Source of the DNA: a virus
DNA length: 64,000 nucleotides
IMG/VR virus record: IMGVR_UViG_3300036791_000264
Coordinates: 50,523-114,522 of that record
Strand: one strand, 5' to 3'
A program made the translations under genes and the position numbers. The notes beneath the pieces were generated by a model. That model had not been told where the DNA came from. It searched no databases and saw only the letters and a program-made list of their open reading frames with translations. This document shows positions 55,184 through 63,414 of this stretch, piece by piece (the first letter of the stretch is position 1; each line of letters begins with the position of its first letter).

Positions 55184-55813
55184 CTACTTGCCCACCCTGA
55201 CCAGGCGCCTGCGTCCCACGACTGCGGTAGTCGTTGCCGTGTCCCAGGGCTGAGGTGGCGCCTCGGTGCGGCCCTCCAGGGCGGTGATCACGTCCTGTTG
55301 GAACTTGGTCATCTCGGGGCCGGCGTCCACGGCGTAGGCGATGCGTGCCAGGACGTACGCCTCCGCGATGTTGGTGTCGTCAAAGTCCACCGACCATCGC
55401 TTCAGGACTTCCTTGGCGATCATCTCCTTCTTGGTGCTGCCGTTGCCGGAAACGAACTTCTTGAGTTGCCCAGGAGCCACTAGGACGGGGTAGGCCCGTG
55501 GGTCGGTGGCCTGGAACAGGGCCAAGACGGTCAGCTTGATGGTGGCCCCGATCTCCCCGGAGGCGTGCTGGCCGTACCTCTCACCCATGGAGTACGCCTC
55601 CATCGCCACCTTTTTTATGATGCCACCCGGTTCATGAGCGACGATTTTCGTGAACTGGTCGGTGATCTCGATCATGAGCTTCCGGAGCCGTAGTACCCCC
55701 TTGGGCATTGTGCCACTTGGTTTCCAGGTGGTGATCAGCCCCCTGGTAGGAGACCAGGCCACCAGGGCGCAGTTCCCGGAGCCGGGGTCAATCCCTATGT
55801 AGACGTCGGTCAT
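55184..55813 (-). CDS. ruvC: RuvC-like Holliday junction resolvase
   Basis: YIGIDPG, VAMEAY, PGQLKKFVSGNGSTKKE, DTNIAEAYVLA. Confidence 0.85.
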   Translation of the reverse strand: MTDVYIGIDPGSGNCALVAWSPTRGLITTWKPSGTMPKGVLRLRKLMIEITDQFTKIVAHEPGGIIKKVAMEAYSMGERYGQHASGEIGATIKLTVLALFQATDPRAYPVLVAPGQLKKFVSGNGSTKKEMIAKEVLKRWSVDFDDTNIAEAYVLARIAYAVDAGPEMTKFQQDVITALEGRTEAPPQPWDTATTTAVVGRRRLVRVGK

Positions 55814-56364
55814 GAGCTACTTCCAGGAGGTGGGCGGCTAGTTCCCACGTACCGTAGGGCGGATGTTCCTTGTCCACGAGCGGGCACCATGGGCAGCAGG
55901 GCTGGCGGAACTTCTCGGTGCAGATGGCTGGACAGTCATCGGACGTATCCACTGCAAGCATCGTGGCACTCCTTCCGCTGGTAGCCGTCATGGTCGATTA
56001 TTGGGCGCTCGCAGACCGGGCAGAGGACACCACCCCGCACGGTCACCGACTCCTGGACGTGCTTCTCGATGTCCCGGAACAGGTAGCGACAGGTGTCGCA
56101 CATGGTCAGGAGGGTGACAGTGCCGTCGTCCTCCATCAGCAGATAGTTGGTCACTCCTTGTTCCACCGTGTCCTCATCTCGGTGGTGGCCTTCGGTTCCC
56201 TCGGTAGAGCGGGCGCACTCCTGCGAGTCTTCGGCAGACGGCCCTGGTACAGCCGTGCCCCGCACTCACAGAACACGCACCGGCCTACCTGTTTCCAGGT
56301 GTGGTCTTCATGGGCAGACAGCAGTCGGTCGAACGCCTCCAGGGCCTTCTCCACGGCGAACTTG

Positions 56365-56595
56365 TCAATCTGATCGGTCATGGGTCTCTGACCCCAACCT
56401 CGTGATCTCCCGGTGGACATACCACTCAGCTTTCTTCAGATCCTCTACGGGGTCAGTACCCTCCTTGAGGCCCGCCCGCCACAGGTACTTGATGGCGTTG
56501 CCCACGTTGAAGTTGTAATGCTCGGTGATGACGATGCACTCCACCCCGGAGGGATGGGCGCTGTAATGGGGAGGATGATTTACCAGATCAGGCAT
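56365..56595 (-). CDS. DUF3310 family protein
   Basis: DLVNHPPHY...GVECI...FNVGNAIKYLWRAGLK...EDLKKAEWY. Confidence 0.88.
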   Translation of the reverse strand: MPDLVNHPPHYSAHPSGVECIVITEHYNFNVGNAIKYLWRAGLKEGTDPVEDLKKAEWYVHREITRLGSETHDRSD

Positions 56596-56769
56596 GGGGG
56601 TAGATCCAGAGCCTGGTGTCGTCAGCATGGTCATTTGCCCAGGCTTTGCACTCCTCACAGGTTTCTTGGTGATGCTTGATCACGTTCTCAAGCGGCGGTT
56701 GACTCCCGAACGTGTTCACCAAGATCATGTGGGGTGGACGACCCTTAGGCCAGGGGGTCGTGTAGGCGG

Positions 56770-57348
56770 TCATGGCGCCCCTCGATCCGCCCTCCGGTAG
56801 CCAGGGTTCTTGGCGTCAGTACGCCTGGTCAACTCCCGGCTGACCGTGGCAGCGTCGCGCTCAGACGACTCAAACAGCATCTGCTTCAGCTTTCTGCGGG
56901 CGTAGTACAGGTTGAGCGCATCTCGGGCATCACGTATTTCACTGTCGGTCTCCATGGCCGCACGCACCCAGGTAACGGCCTCCGAAGCCTTTTCAGGACG
57001 ATTGCGTGTGAGGTACAACCCCTCCAGCTTCCTGATCTGAACTTCGGCATGGTGTTCAAAAATCTCCTCGATTGCCAACTGGTTCTGAAAATAATCGGTC
57101 CAGCGGGTGAACTTGACGAACAGATCCATCAACTGCTTGTCGGTCAGGTCATCGATGTCGGTCTCAAGGGTGGGCGGCTTGGTGTCAGGGGCCTGCGGCT
57201 CATCGATCCCCAGATCGATATAGACGTCGCGGCGCTGGCCGCTGACCATTTTTTGCAGGGTCTCCCGTAGATCCAGCGGGGGCCGGCGCTTGATCCGGCG
57301 GGGCACGTCGGACGAGGATTCTTCCATTACTGACATGCTTCTCCTCAT
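56770..57348 (-). CDS. helical hypothetical protein (position suggests a recombination mediator)
   Basis: coiled-coil-like; ends VSRELTRR; start uncertain, overlaps the Cas4-like tail. Confidence 0.6.
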   Translation of the reverse strand: MRRSMSVMEESSSDVPRRIKRRPPLDLRETLQKMVSGQRRDVYIDLGIDEPQAPDTKPPTLETDIDDLTDKQLMDLFVKFTRWTDYFQNQLAIEEIFEHHAEVQIRKLEGLYLTRNRPEKASEAVTWVRAAMETDSEIRDARDALNLYYARRKLKQMLFESSERDAATVSRELTRRTDAKNPGYRRADRGAP

Positions 57349-58246
57349 AGCGTTGGCAATCGGCGCAACCGTCGAAGGGGCAGGCCGGGATTCGACCGCC
57401 CTGGAGCGCCATGGTGATTTGACTACACAGGTCTAGCCGATCCTCGATGCGTTCTACCCGGTACCGGACGATCATCTCCTTGACCTTCTGGTTCCACTTG
57501 CACTCGTAGAGGAAGAGGACTTCCTGATATTTCCGGCTCATGTAGCAGTAAAAATCACCCTGCCGAACGTGGGAGGGGAAGGGTCTGCGGATGGAATCCC
57601 ACAGCCCGTCGTAGTCCAGGAAGTTCCTGGATTTTCCATTGAGTTGAAAGTTGTAGGTGTGGGTTTTGATCAGGTCCGGGGCCTCATAGCGCAGAGTGCC
57701 CAGGCCGATGCTCTTGATCTCGATGATGGGACCGTCCCAGGTGTCCAGCCCATCCCCATGCCCTGCCATGTTGAGGTTCTGGTTGTAGAGTGGCACCTCG
57801 TGATAGTGCAGGACGTGCCGGGGCCGGTGGCACTTCTCGCATTCCTGGGGCGCCACCGCCGGGAAGGCGTAGTGGCACTCCTGGCAATAAAATGTGCCGG
57901 CGAGTCGACCTAGATCCCAGATCCTTTTTTGCCACTTGCCATGGATCTCCTTGCCCTCATCGAAGATCATCTGCATCCGCCAGTGGGTGACGGGTAGCTC
58001 TGAGTTAGCTGGTACGCCCGCCAGTCGGTAGTAACTCGCCCTGGGGCACCAGTCTGAGTGGCTCATCTCCGATGGATGCAAGGCGTCGGTTCTCGGCCCG
58101 TTCTCGCCTCCAGGCTGCAATAAGAGCCTTTGAACGTCGCCAAGGAGTCGGGTTTCCCTCTTCGTCGTTTCTAATAACGCTCGCAAACGCTTGTCGATCA
58201 CTGGACGATGCGGTGATGATCTTCCCGGCTTCGATAGCCGCGTCAC
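57200..58246 (-). CDS. Cas4-like / RecB-type exonuclease
   Basis: LHPSE...WCPR, FDEGKEIH, GHGDG, IEIKS, HVRQGDFY, C-terminal CPFDGCADC. Confidence 0.8.
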   Translation of the reverse strand: MTRLSKPGRSSPHRPVIDKRLRALLETTKRETRLLGDVQRLLLQPGGENGPRTDALHPSEMSHSDWCPRASYYRLAGVPANSELPVTHWRMQMIFDEGKEIHGKWQKRIWDLGRLAGTFYCQECHYAFPAVAPQECEKCHRPRHVLHYHEVPLYNQNLNMAGHGDGLDTWDGPIIEIKSIGLGTLRYEAPDLIKTHTYNFQLNGKSRNFLDYDGLWDSIRRPFPSHVRQGDFYCYMSRKYQEVLFLYECKWNQKVKEMIVRYRVERIEDRLDLCSQITMALQGGRIPACPFDGCADCQRYEEKHVSNGRILVRRAPPDQAPAPAGSTGDPAKNGQRPAPRRLYRSGDR

Positions 58247-58601
58247 GGTGTCTCTGACGCTTGATCCGGCGCCGCTCCCTTTCGCTGGTTCCGCCCCACA
58301 CTCCCCAGCGCTCGCCGTTCTCTATCGCGTAGTCCAGACAAGCCTCCAGGACGGGGCAGCGACCTGGGTGGTCCGGGTGGGTTCCCAGGCACACGCTGCG
58401 AGCCTCCTGCACCTGGGTGTTGTTGTGCTGGTGGTCGCTGTAGAACAGGTTTCCGGGTAATCCCCGGCATTTTGCGAAGTCGAGCCACTGGGGGTGGATC
58501 CGCTCGTAGATGGCCGGTAGTACCTGCTGCCTGTCGATGAAGAACCAGTTGGTGGTAGTCGGGTTCTGGGAGTACGACCCACTCCCTTCCGCCAAGCTCA
58601 A
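58005..58601 (-). CDS. whiB: WhiB-family transcription factor, nested in an alternative frame
   Basis: W..AKCRG...LFY...ARSVC...CPVLEACLDYAIENGERWGVWGGTSERERR; start uncertain (TTG at 58601 or 58595). Confidence 0.8.
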   Translation of the reverse strand: MSLAEGSGSYSQNPTTTNWFFIDRQQVLPAIYERIHPQWLDFAKCRGLPGNLFYSDHQHNNTQVQEARSVCLGTHPDHPGRCPVLEACLDYAIENGERWGVWGGTSERERRRIKRQRHRDAAIEAGKIITASSSDRQAFASVIRNDEEGNPTPWRRSKALIAAWRRERAENRRLASIGDEPLRLVPQGELLPTGGRTS

Positions 58602-58851
58602 AGACGAGAACAGGAAGCCGAGACTCTGCCACAGCGTGTCGGTAGAGGCTGATGAGATCGTCAAAGAGGAGGGTGATGGAGCGGCGGTTGTCAGTGCGCT
58701 TGAACTCGACAAGTTCGGTGTCGGTGCGACCGTCGTTCTTACGGTCCCAACGCGCACCAGAACGCGGGTTCCTGACACCTCCAAACCGCTCCATTCCCTT
58801 CCGCTCCTGCTGTCTCCACAACAGGAGCGTCCGACGACCCCCCGCCCTCAC
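58243..58851 (-). CDS. PD-(D/E)xK nuclease (Holliday junction resolvase-like)
   Basis: QQE...FGGVRNPRSGA...KNDG...LVEFKRT; GTGA coupling to recA at 58851. Confidence 0.7.
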   Translation of the reverse strand: MRAGGRRTLLLWRQQERKGMERFGGVRNPRSGARWDRKNDGRTDTELVEFKRTDNRRSITLLFDDLISLYRHAVAESRLPVLVFELGGREWVVLPEPDYHQLVLHRQAAGTTGHLRADPPPVARLRKMPGITRKPVLQRPPAQQHPGAGGSQRVPGNPPGPPRSLPRPGGLSGLRDRERRALGSVGRNQRKGAAPDQASETP

Positions 58852-59948
58852 GACTTCGCCTTCGTCCTTGCGAGGCGCCGCGGGGAGGGGCGGGACTCCT
58901 CGTGACGAACGCCCTTCACTACGTGGTTCTGGACAGCATCCCGCAGCTTCTGCTGCAACGTCAAGTCCCACCTGGCCTGTTCTTCCAGGGCGGCGCGCCC
59001 GTGCCAGGACTCGGCGCCCAGGTGGTAGTAGCTGCCCTTGATGGCGAACACCTCGTAGAGGACGGCCAGGGTGACCAACTCCTTGGCGGCGTCATACGAT
59101 CCGGGTGAGATCCCGGCCTCGTTGTGGTCGAAGTAGAAGTCGAAGACGGCCACCTTCTCAGGGGGGTAGCTCTTGTTCTTCTTGGTCAGGGCCTTGATGG
59201 TGATTCCGACCTTGCGCTTCTCCTTCCGATCCCCCTCGTCCAGCCACGAGTCACGTACCAGTTGGAGCCTGGTGGTGAACCAGTAGTTCTTGGCGCGGCC
59301 CCCTGGGGTAGTGCGTGGGTCACCGAAGAGGACGCCGATCTTCTCCCGCCACTGGTTCACAACGAAGCAGGTCACGGGCCTGTCGTCCTCGATCAAGGAC
59401 CGCTTCATGGCCGTGTAGCTCTTGCGGAAGAACTTGCCGATGAGCCTGGCGGCGAGGCCCACCTGGGTGTCATCCATGGTGCCCTCGCCCTCACTTATCG
59501 GTGATAGGGCAGGCATGGAGTCGATGACCAGAACGTCGGCGGTTCTACTCTCCAGAACCATGATGGCGGCGTTGCACGCCTCCTCCAGGATGTTGGTCTG
59601 CATGACCAGGATCCGGTCGGTGTTGCAGCCCAGGTCACGCGCCCAGCCCGGTACGAACTCCTCCGCGGCCACCCAGAAGGTGATGTGGTCGGGGTTCAGG
59701 GCCTGCTGGGTGGCGATGGTCTTGAGGATGATGGTGGTCTTGCCGCTGGACTCGTCCCCGTATAGCTCGTGGAAGGCGTTGGTCTGCCAGCCGCCCCCCA
59801 GGGCCAGGTCGAGGGCGTAGCTCCCGGTGGAGATCCGGGGCAGGTCGGAGTAGCGGATCTGGCTGCCCCAGATCACGGTCTCAGGCCCGTACTCCTTGTT
59901 GATCTCGGCCATCACCGTGGTGATGGTGTCGACCTTGGTCGCGGTCAC
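58848..59948 (-). CDS. recA: RecA recombinase
   Basis: ISTGSYALDLALGGG, GDESSGKTT, VIDS, AARL, NQWREKIGVLFGDPRTTPGGRA; start re-assigned to GTG 59948. Confidence 0.95.
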   Translation of the reverse strand: MTATKVDTITTVMAEINKEYGPETVIWGSQIRYSDLPRISTGSYALDLALGGGWQTNAFHELYGDESSGKTTIILKTIATQQALNPDHITFWVAAEEFVPGWARDLGCNTDRILVMQTNILEEACNAAIMVLESRTADVLVIDSMPALSPISEGEGTMDDTQVGLAARLIGKFFRKSYTAMKRSLIEDDRPVTCFVVNQWREKIGVLFGDPRTTPGGRAKNYWFTTRLQLVRDSWLDEGDRKEKRKVGITIKALTKKNKSYPPEKVAVFDFYFDHNEAGISPGSYDAAKELVTLAVLYEVFAIKGSYYHLGAESWHGRAALEEQARWDLTLQQKLRDAVQNHVVKGVRHEESRPSPRRLARTKAKS

Positions 59949-60070
59949 TTCCCCCTGCTGGTCTTCTTGGCCGGCGCCTTCTTCTTGGTCTCTTCCTTCT
60001 TCTCCTCCCCTTTCTTGCCGAAGGGAGTGGCCTGCTTCCCGCCGAACGGTTCCTTCTTCTTGGTGACCAT
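59945..60070 (-). CDS. 41 aa Lys-rich peptide (not in ORF track)
   Basis: MVTKKKEPFGGKQATPFGKKGEEKKETKKKAPAKKTSRGK*; GTGA coupling to recA. Confidence 0.55.
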   Translation of the reverse strand: MVTKKKEPFGGKQATPFGKKGEEKKEETKKKAPAKKTSRGK

Positions 60071-60321
60071 CACTTCCCTCTATTCTCTGGTTTGTTGTAG
60101 CGGCTCTTGGTCGGTTTGGCCTCGCCGGTCTTGGGCATGGGCTTGCGCCCGGACTCACGGGTCTCGGCTGCCTTCTCCCCCATGGCATGGCGCCGGCTCT
60201 TGCCCTGAGCCTGGGCGTTGGAGATGGCAGCCGCCTTGCTCTTGGAAAAACCCTTGTCCTTCAGGGCTTCGTAGCTGTCGGCTTTTTTGATGGATGGGCC
60301 GGGATCTTTTCCTCCTGGCAT
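60070..60321 (-). CDS. small basic protein (DUF7218-like)
   Basis: AGGAGGAG SD; PGPSIK....YEALKDKGFSKSKAAAISNA. Confidence 0.65.
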   Translation of the reverse strand: MPGGKDPGPSIKKADSYEALKDKGFSKSKAAAISNAQAQGKSRRHAMGEKAAETRESGRKPMPKTGEAKPTKSRYNKPENRGK

Positions 60322-60476
60322 GTCTCCTCCTATCTGGCTAGGCTTGGCTCAGCGTGGTAGTTAGCCCGCATCGTCCTAGGAACGATGCACCGACTAAGTC
60401 CGATTTCCTGTAACAAGGCGGCATCGGGCGTGGCGAGTCTCGGAATCCACGACACGACCGCCATGACGTGGGGCGG

Positions 60477-60986
60477 TCATCTGACGTTGCTCCAACTGAA
60501 GTCCGAGTTACCGGCCAGGCTCTGGTCGATCCCGAAGTTCTGCTCTCCCGTGGGGTTGTCACTACGGGCGAAGCGGACTGGCCCGGATGACTTCATGCCG
60601 ATGGCGTTGAGCGAGGTGCCCGACTGCTCAAACAGGTCACCGTTGTAGCCGCAGTCGACACAGAGCGGCGCCGCCTCAAACTGGCCGGTCTTGCGCCGGA
60701 AGAAGCTGGACCCGTTGCAGCGCGGGCACCGCCCCGACGTGCCCAGGCTGCCGGGAGCCTTCTCCACGAATCCCTGGCGGTTGACCCGGTGCCAGTTATC
60801 GTCAGTCTCGCCTTCCGGCTGGTCCCATCCTGTCACCTCCTGGCGGGGGCCAGTCGGGGGGTACTGAGGCTGCCAGCGGACAGCCTTCTGGGGGTAGCCG
60901 GCGGGTTGGCTGGGTTGGGTAGGAGGTGGCGCTGCCGGCCTCCTGGCGCCCCCCAGTGCGCGCTCCCACCACCCGACATCACTCAT
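60477..60986 (-). CDS. Zn-ribbon hypothetical protein
   Basis: ATGA coupling to pol; CPRCNGS...CVDCGY. Confidence 0.7.
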   Translation of the reverse strand: MSDVGWWERALGGARRPAAPPPTQPSQPAGYPQKAVRWQPQYPPTGPRQEVTGWDQPEGETDDNWHRVNRQGFVEKAPGSLGTSGRCPRCNGSSFFRRKTGQFEAAPLCVDCGYNGDLFEQSGTSLNAIGMKSSGPVRFARSDNPTGEQNFGIDQSLAGNSDFSWSNVR

Positions 60987-63316
60987 TTCGCTGCGTTCCA
61001 GTTGGCGCCAACACCGATGTTCACCTCCAGGGGCACGTCCAGGACCGGGCGACCGCCCAGGCGGATATTTTCCATGGCCTCCTTGATAAACGGTATGGCG
61101 TCGACTGCCTCCCCTTCGTCGCACTCGATCACGAACTCATCGTGGATCTGAAGCACCAGGGCGGCGTGGAACTCCCGCAGAGCCTCGTGGACCCTGACGA
61201 TGGCGACCTTGGCGATGTCGGCGGCAGTGCCCTGGATGGGATGGTTGACGGCCTGACGCTCGGCGTAGCTGCGGTCCTTGGGGTTGCCCGATGAGATGTC
61301 CTTGAGCCGGCGCTTCCTGCCGTAGAGGGTCTCGACGTAGCCATGTTGGAGGCAGAATCGCTTGGTCTGTGATCCCCACTTCTTGACGCCAGGATACGCC
61401 CGGTGCCAGGCGTTGTAGACCTTCTCGGCCTCGCGCAGGGAGATGCCCGACATCTCGATGATGCGGCCAGGACCGCCCTCAAAGGCCAGGTTGAAGTTGC
61501 TGTTCTTGGCGATGGCCCTCTGCTCGACAGTCACCTGATCCTGGGGCACCCGGTAGATCAGGGAGGCAGTCTGGGCGTGTAGGTCTAGTCCATGGGTGTA
61601 GGCATAGAGCAGCAGCCGGTCCTTGGTCTGGTGGGCCAGGATGCGTAGCTCGATCTGGCTGTAGTCGGCCACGATCAGCACCCGGCCAGGTGGAGCCATG
61701 AAAAGTTGGCGGATCAGGGTGGCCTCGACGGTCTCCTTGTATCGAGCGGGGATGTTCTGGAGGTTGGGCTGGCTGCACGAGAGCCGGCCCGTGCGGGCCA
61801 CGGCCTGGTTGAAGCTGGCCCGGATCCGGCTGTCCTCATCGATGGTGGGGATGAATCCGACCACGTAGGTGGACAGCAGCTTGTTGACGTCCTTGTACTC
61901 CAGGATCCGCCTGGGGGCCGCGTGCCGGCGCGCCAGACTCTTGATGGCCTTGGCTGCCGTAGAGCGCTGGCCGGTGTCACTCAGGAAGGTGCAAGGCAAC
62001 TTGAGTTCGTCGTAGAGGAACCGGCCCAGTTGCTGGGTGGAGTTGAGGTTGATGTCGTGGCCCACCATGGCCTTGATCTCTCCCTCGATGGTGTCACGCT
62101 GGGTCTCTAGCTTCGGCTTCAGTTCCCGGAAGCCCTCGATGTCGACGTAGGCCCCCTGCTGGCGCATGTGGAGTAGTACCCGAAGCACCTCCATCTCCAG
62201 ATCGAAGAGGGTGCCCAGCTTGGGCTTCTCCTCCAGGACTTGGTGGAGCTTCCACCACAACATCCAGGCCATCTTGGCGTCAACAATCGAGTACCGGACG
62301 GCCCGCCGCCACCCGACCTTGTACGCCTCCTCACCCAGCTTCTCGGCGTAGGTGAAGCCGATGTAGTGCTTGGCGAGTGCCGCCAGCTTGTAGCTCTGGA
62401 GGTTCTCGTTGATCAGAAAAATCATGGTCATGATGTCGGCGTACGGGGATGGGGGTATTTCCCCGTAGTACTTGGCGATGGACAGCAGGTCGAAGCCGAC
62501 GTTCTGGTTGATCTTGGTGCGGTCGCTGAAGAACAGCGGCTTCAGGGCGTCGAAGACGTCGGTGTGGTGTAGTTGTTTGCGCGGGTCGGGGTGTCCCATG
62601 GGTATGACGTGCGATACCCCCGGACCAGCCAGGGAGAGACACCACACCTTGTTGGTCTGGGGATCCAGGGCCGGCTTGTCCTTGTCAGCCGCCTTTCGAC
62701 ACAGATCGGAGCAGTAGGCCCGTCGCCTGGAAGGGATCGGGAGACCGCAGGCCAGGCAGGGGCTGGTGCCCTCACCGTATCTTGATAGCCGGCGCCCAGC
62801 TTGGAGCATGCGGACCTGTCGGCCTGCGCGGGTTTCGACGTCGAAGGCGAACTCAGAAAAATCCGAGTAGATCTCGACTACTTCTTTTAGCTCGTCCATG
62901 GTGACGATGGCCTTGATAGGAGGGCCACCCTCGTCGGTCGGGCGCGATCGGGGCAGGAGTTTTTTCCCGCCCAGGGTTTTTTCCCACAGCCTCTCCACCC
63001 ATGTCTCAAAGGCCCGATACCGTGCCTTCTTCTTTCCAGGCGGCGGTACCTGTATGGCATAGAGGTGGTCGATCTCTGCCTTGGTGGGCTGGGAACAGCC
63101 CATGTACTCCCACTCTGCCCTTATCGTGGCTGAGTACTCGGCTTCTTCAGTAGTGAAGTTTCGCCCCATCCTGGTCTTTATCTCAACAGAGTCCCCACGG
63201 TGAGGCCCCTCATGGTCGACGTCCTGCACGCAGGGCCGATGCTGCCCATAGCTGTAAGACCACTCATACGGGTCTAGCTTCTCCCCCGGTACCTCCCAGG
63301 TGACCCCGCACTTCAC
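60983..63316 (-). CDS. polA: family A DNA polymerase with 3'-5' exonuclease
   Basis: FDVET (ExoI), NVGFD (ExoII), RTGRLSCSQPNLQNIP, ADYSQIELRILAH (A), QIHDE (C); start uncertain (GTG 63316 or upstream). Confidence 0.95.
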   Translation of the reverse strand: MKCGVTWEVPGEKLDPYEWSYSYGQHRPCVQDVDHEGPHRGDSVEIKTRMGRNFTTEEAEYSATIRAEWEYMGCSQPTKAEIDHLYAIQVPPPGKKKARYRAFETWVERLWEKTLGGKKLLPRSRPTDEGGPPIKAIVTMDELKEVVEIYSDFSEFAFDVETRAGRQVRMLQAGRRLSRYGEGTSPCLACGLPIPSRRRAYCSDLCRKAADKDKPALDPQTNKVWCLSLAGPGVSHVIPMGHPDPRKQLHHTDVFDALKPLFFSDRTKINQNVGFDLLSIAKYYGEIPPSPYADIMTMIFLINENLQSYKLAALAKHYIGFTYAEKLGEEAYKVGWRRAVRYSIVDAKMAWMLWWKLHQVLEEKPKLGTLFDLEMEVLRVLLHMRQQGAYVDIEGFRELKPKLETQRDTIEGEIKAMVGHDINLNSTQQLGRFLYDELKLPCTFLSDTGQRSTAAKAIKSLARRHAAPRRILEYKDVNKLLSTYVVGFIPTIDEDSRIRASFNQAVARTGRLSCSQPNLQNIPARYKETVEATLIRQLFMAPPGRVLIVADYSQIELRILAHQTKDRLLLYAYTHGLDLHAQTASLIYRVPQDQVTVEQRAIAKNSNFNLAFEGGPGRIIEMSGISLREAEKVYNAWHRAYPGVKKWGSQTKRFCLQHGYVETLYGRKRRLKDISSGNPKDRSYAERQAVNHPIQGTAADIAKVAIVRVHEALREFHAALVLQIHDEFVIECDEGEAVDAIPFIKEAMENIRLGGRPVLDVPLEVNIGVGANWNAAK

Positions 63317-63334
63317 GACGACTACGGGGATGGA

Positions 63335-63368
63335 GGAAGGAGACCGGAGGCGGGGCCGGTCTCCTTCC
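63335..63368 (-). terminator. 13-bp hairpin between ssb and pol
   Basis: GGAAGGAGACCGG-N8-CCGGTCTCCTTCC. Confidence 0.5.
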
Positions 63369-63414
63369 CTTTCCGACACGGCAGCGGGTCTACCCGGCAC
63401 CACCGTCCGGACCC

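Noticed and set aside
57200-58246. Cas4-like gene as evidence of a CRISPR-Cas locus
   Set aside because: No repeat-spacer array or other cas genes were seen; solo Cas4-like nucleases are ordinary in phage recombination modules
59949-60188. 80 aa N-terminal extension of RecA as given by the ORF track
   Set aside because: Better explained by two small coupled genes in other frames and a GTG start at 59948
60983-63316. Intein or intron in pol (also checked recA and the helicase)
   Set aside because: No C/S...HN-C/S/T splice junctions or LAGLIDADG motifs; catalytic motifs are contiguous
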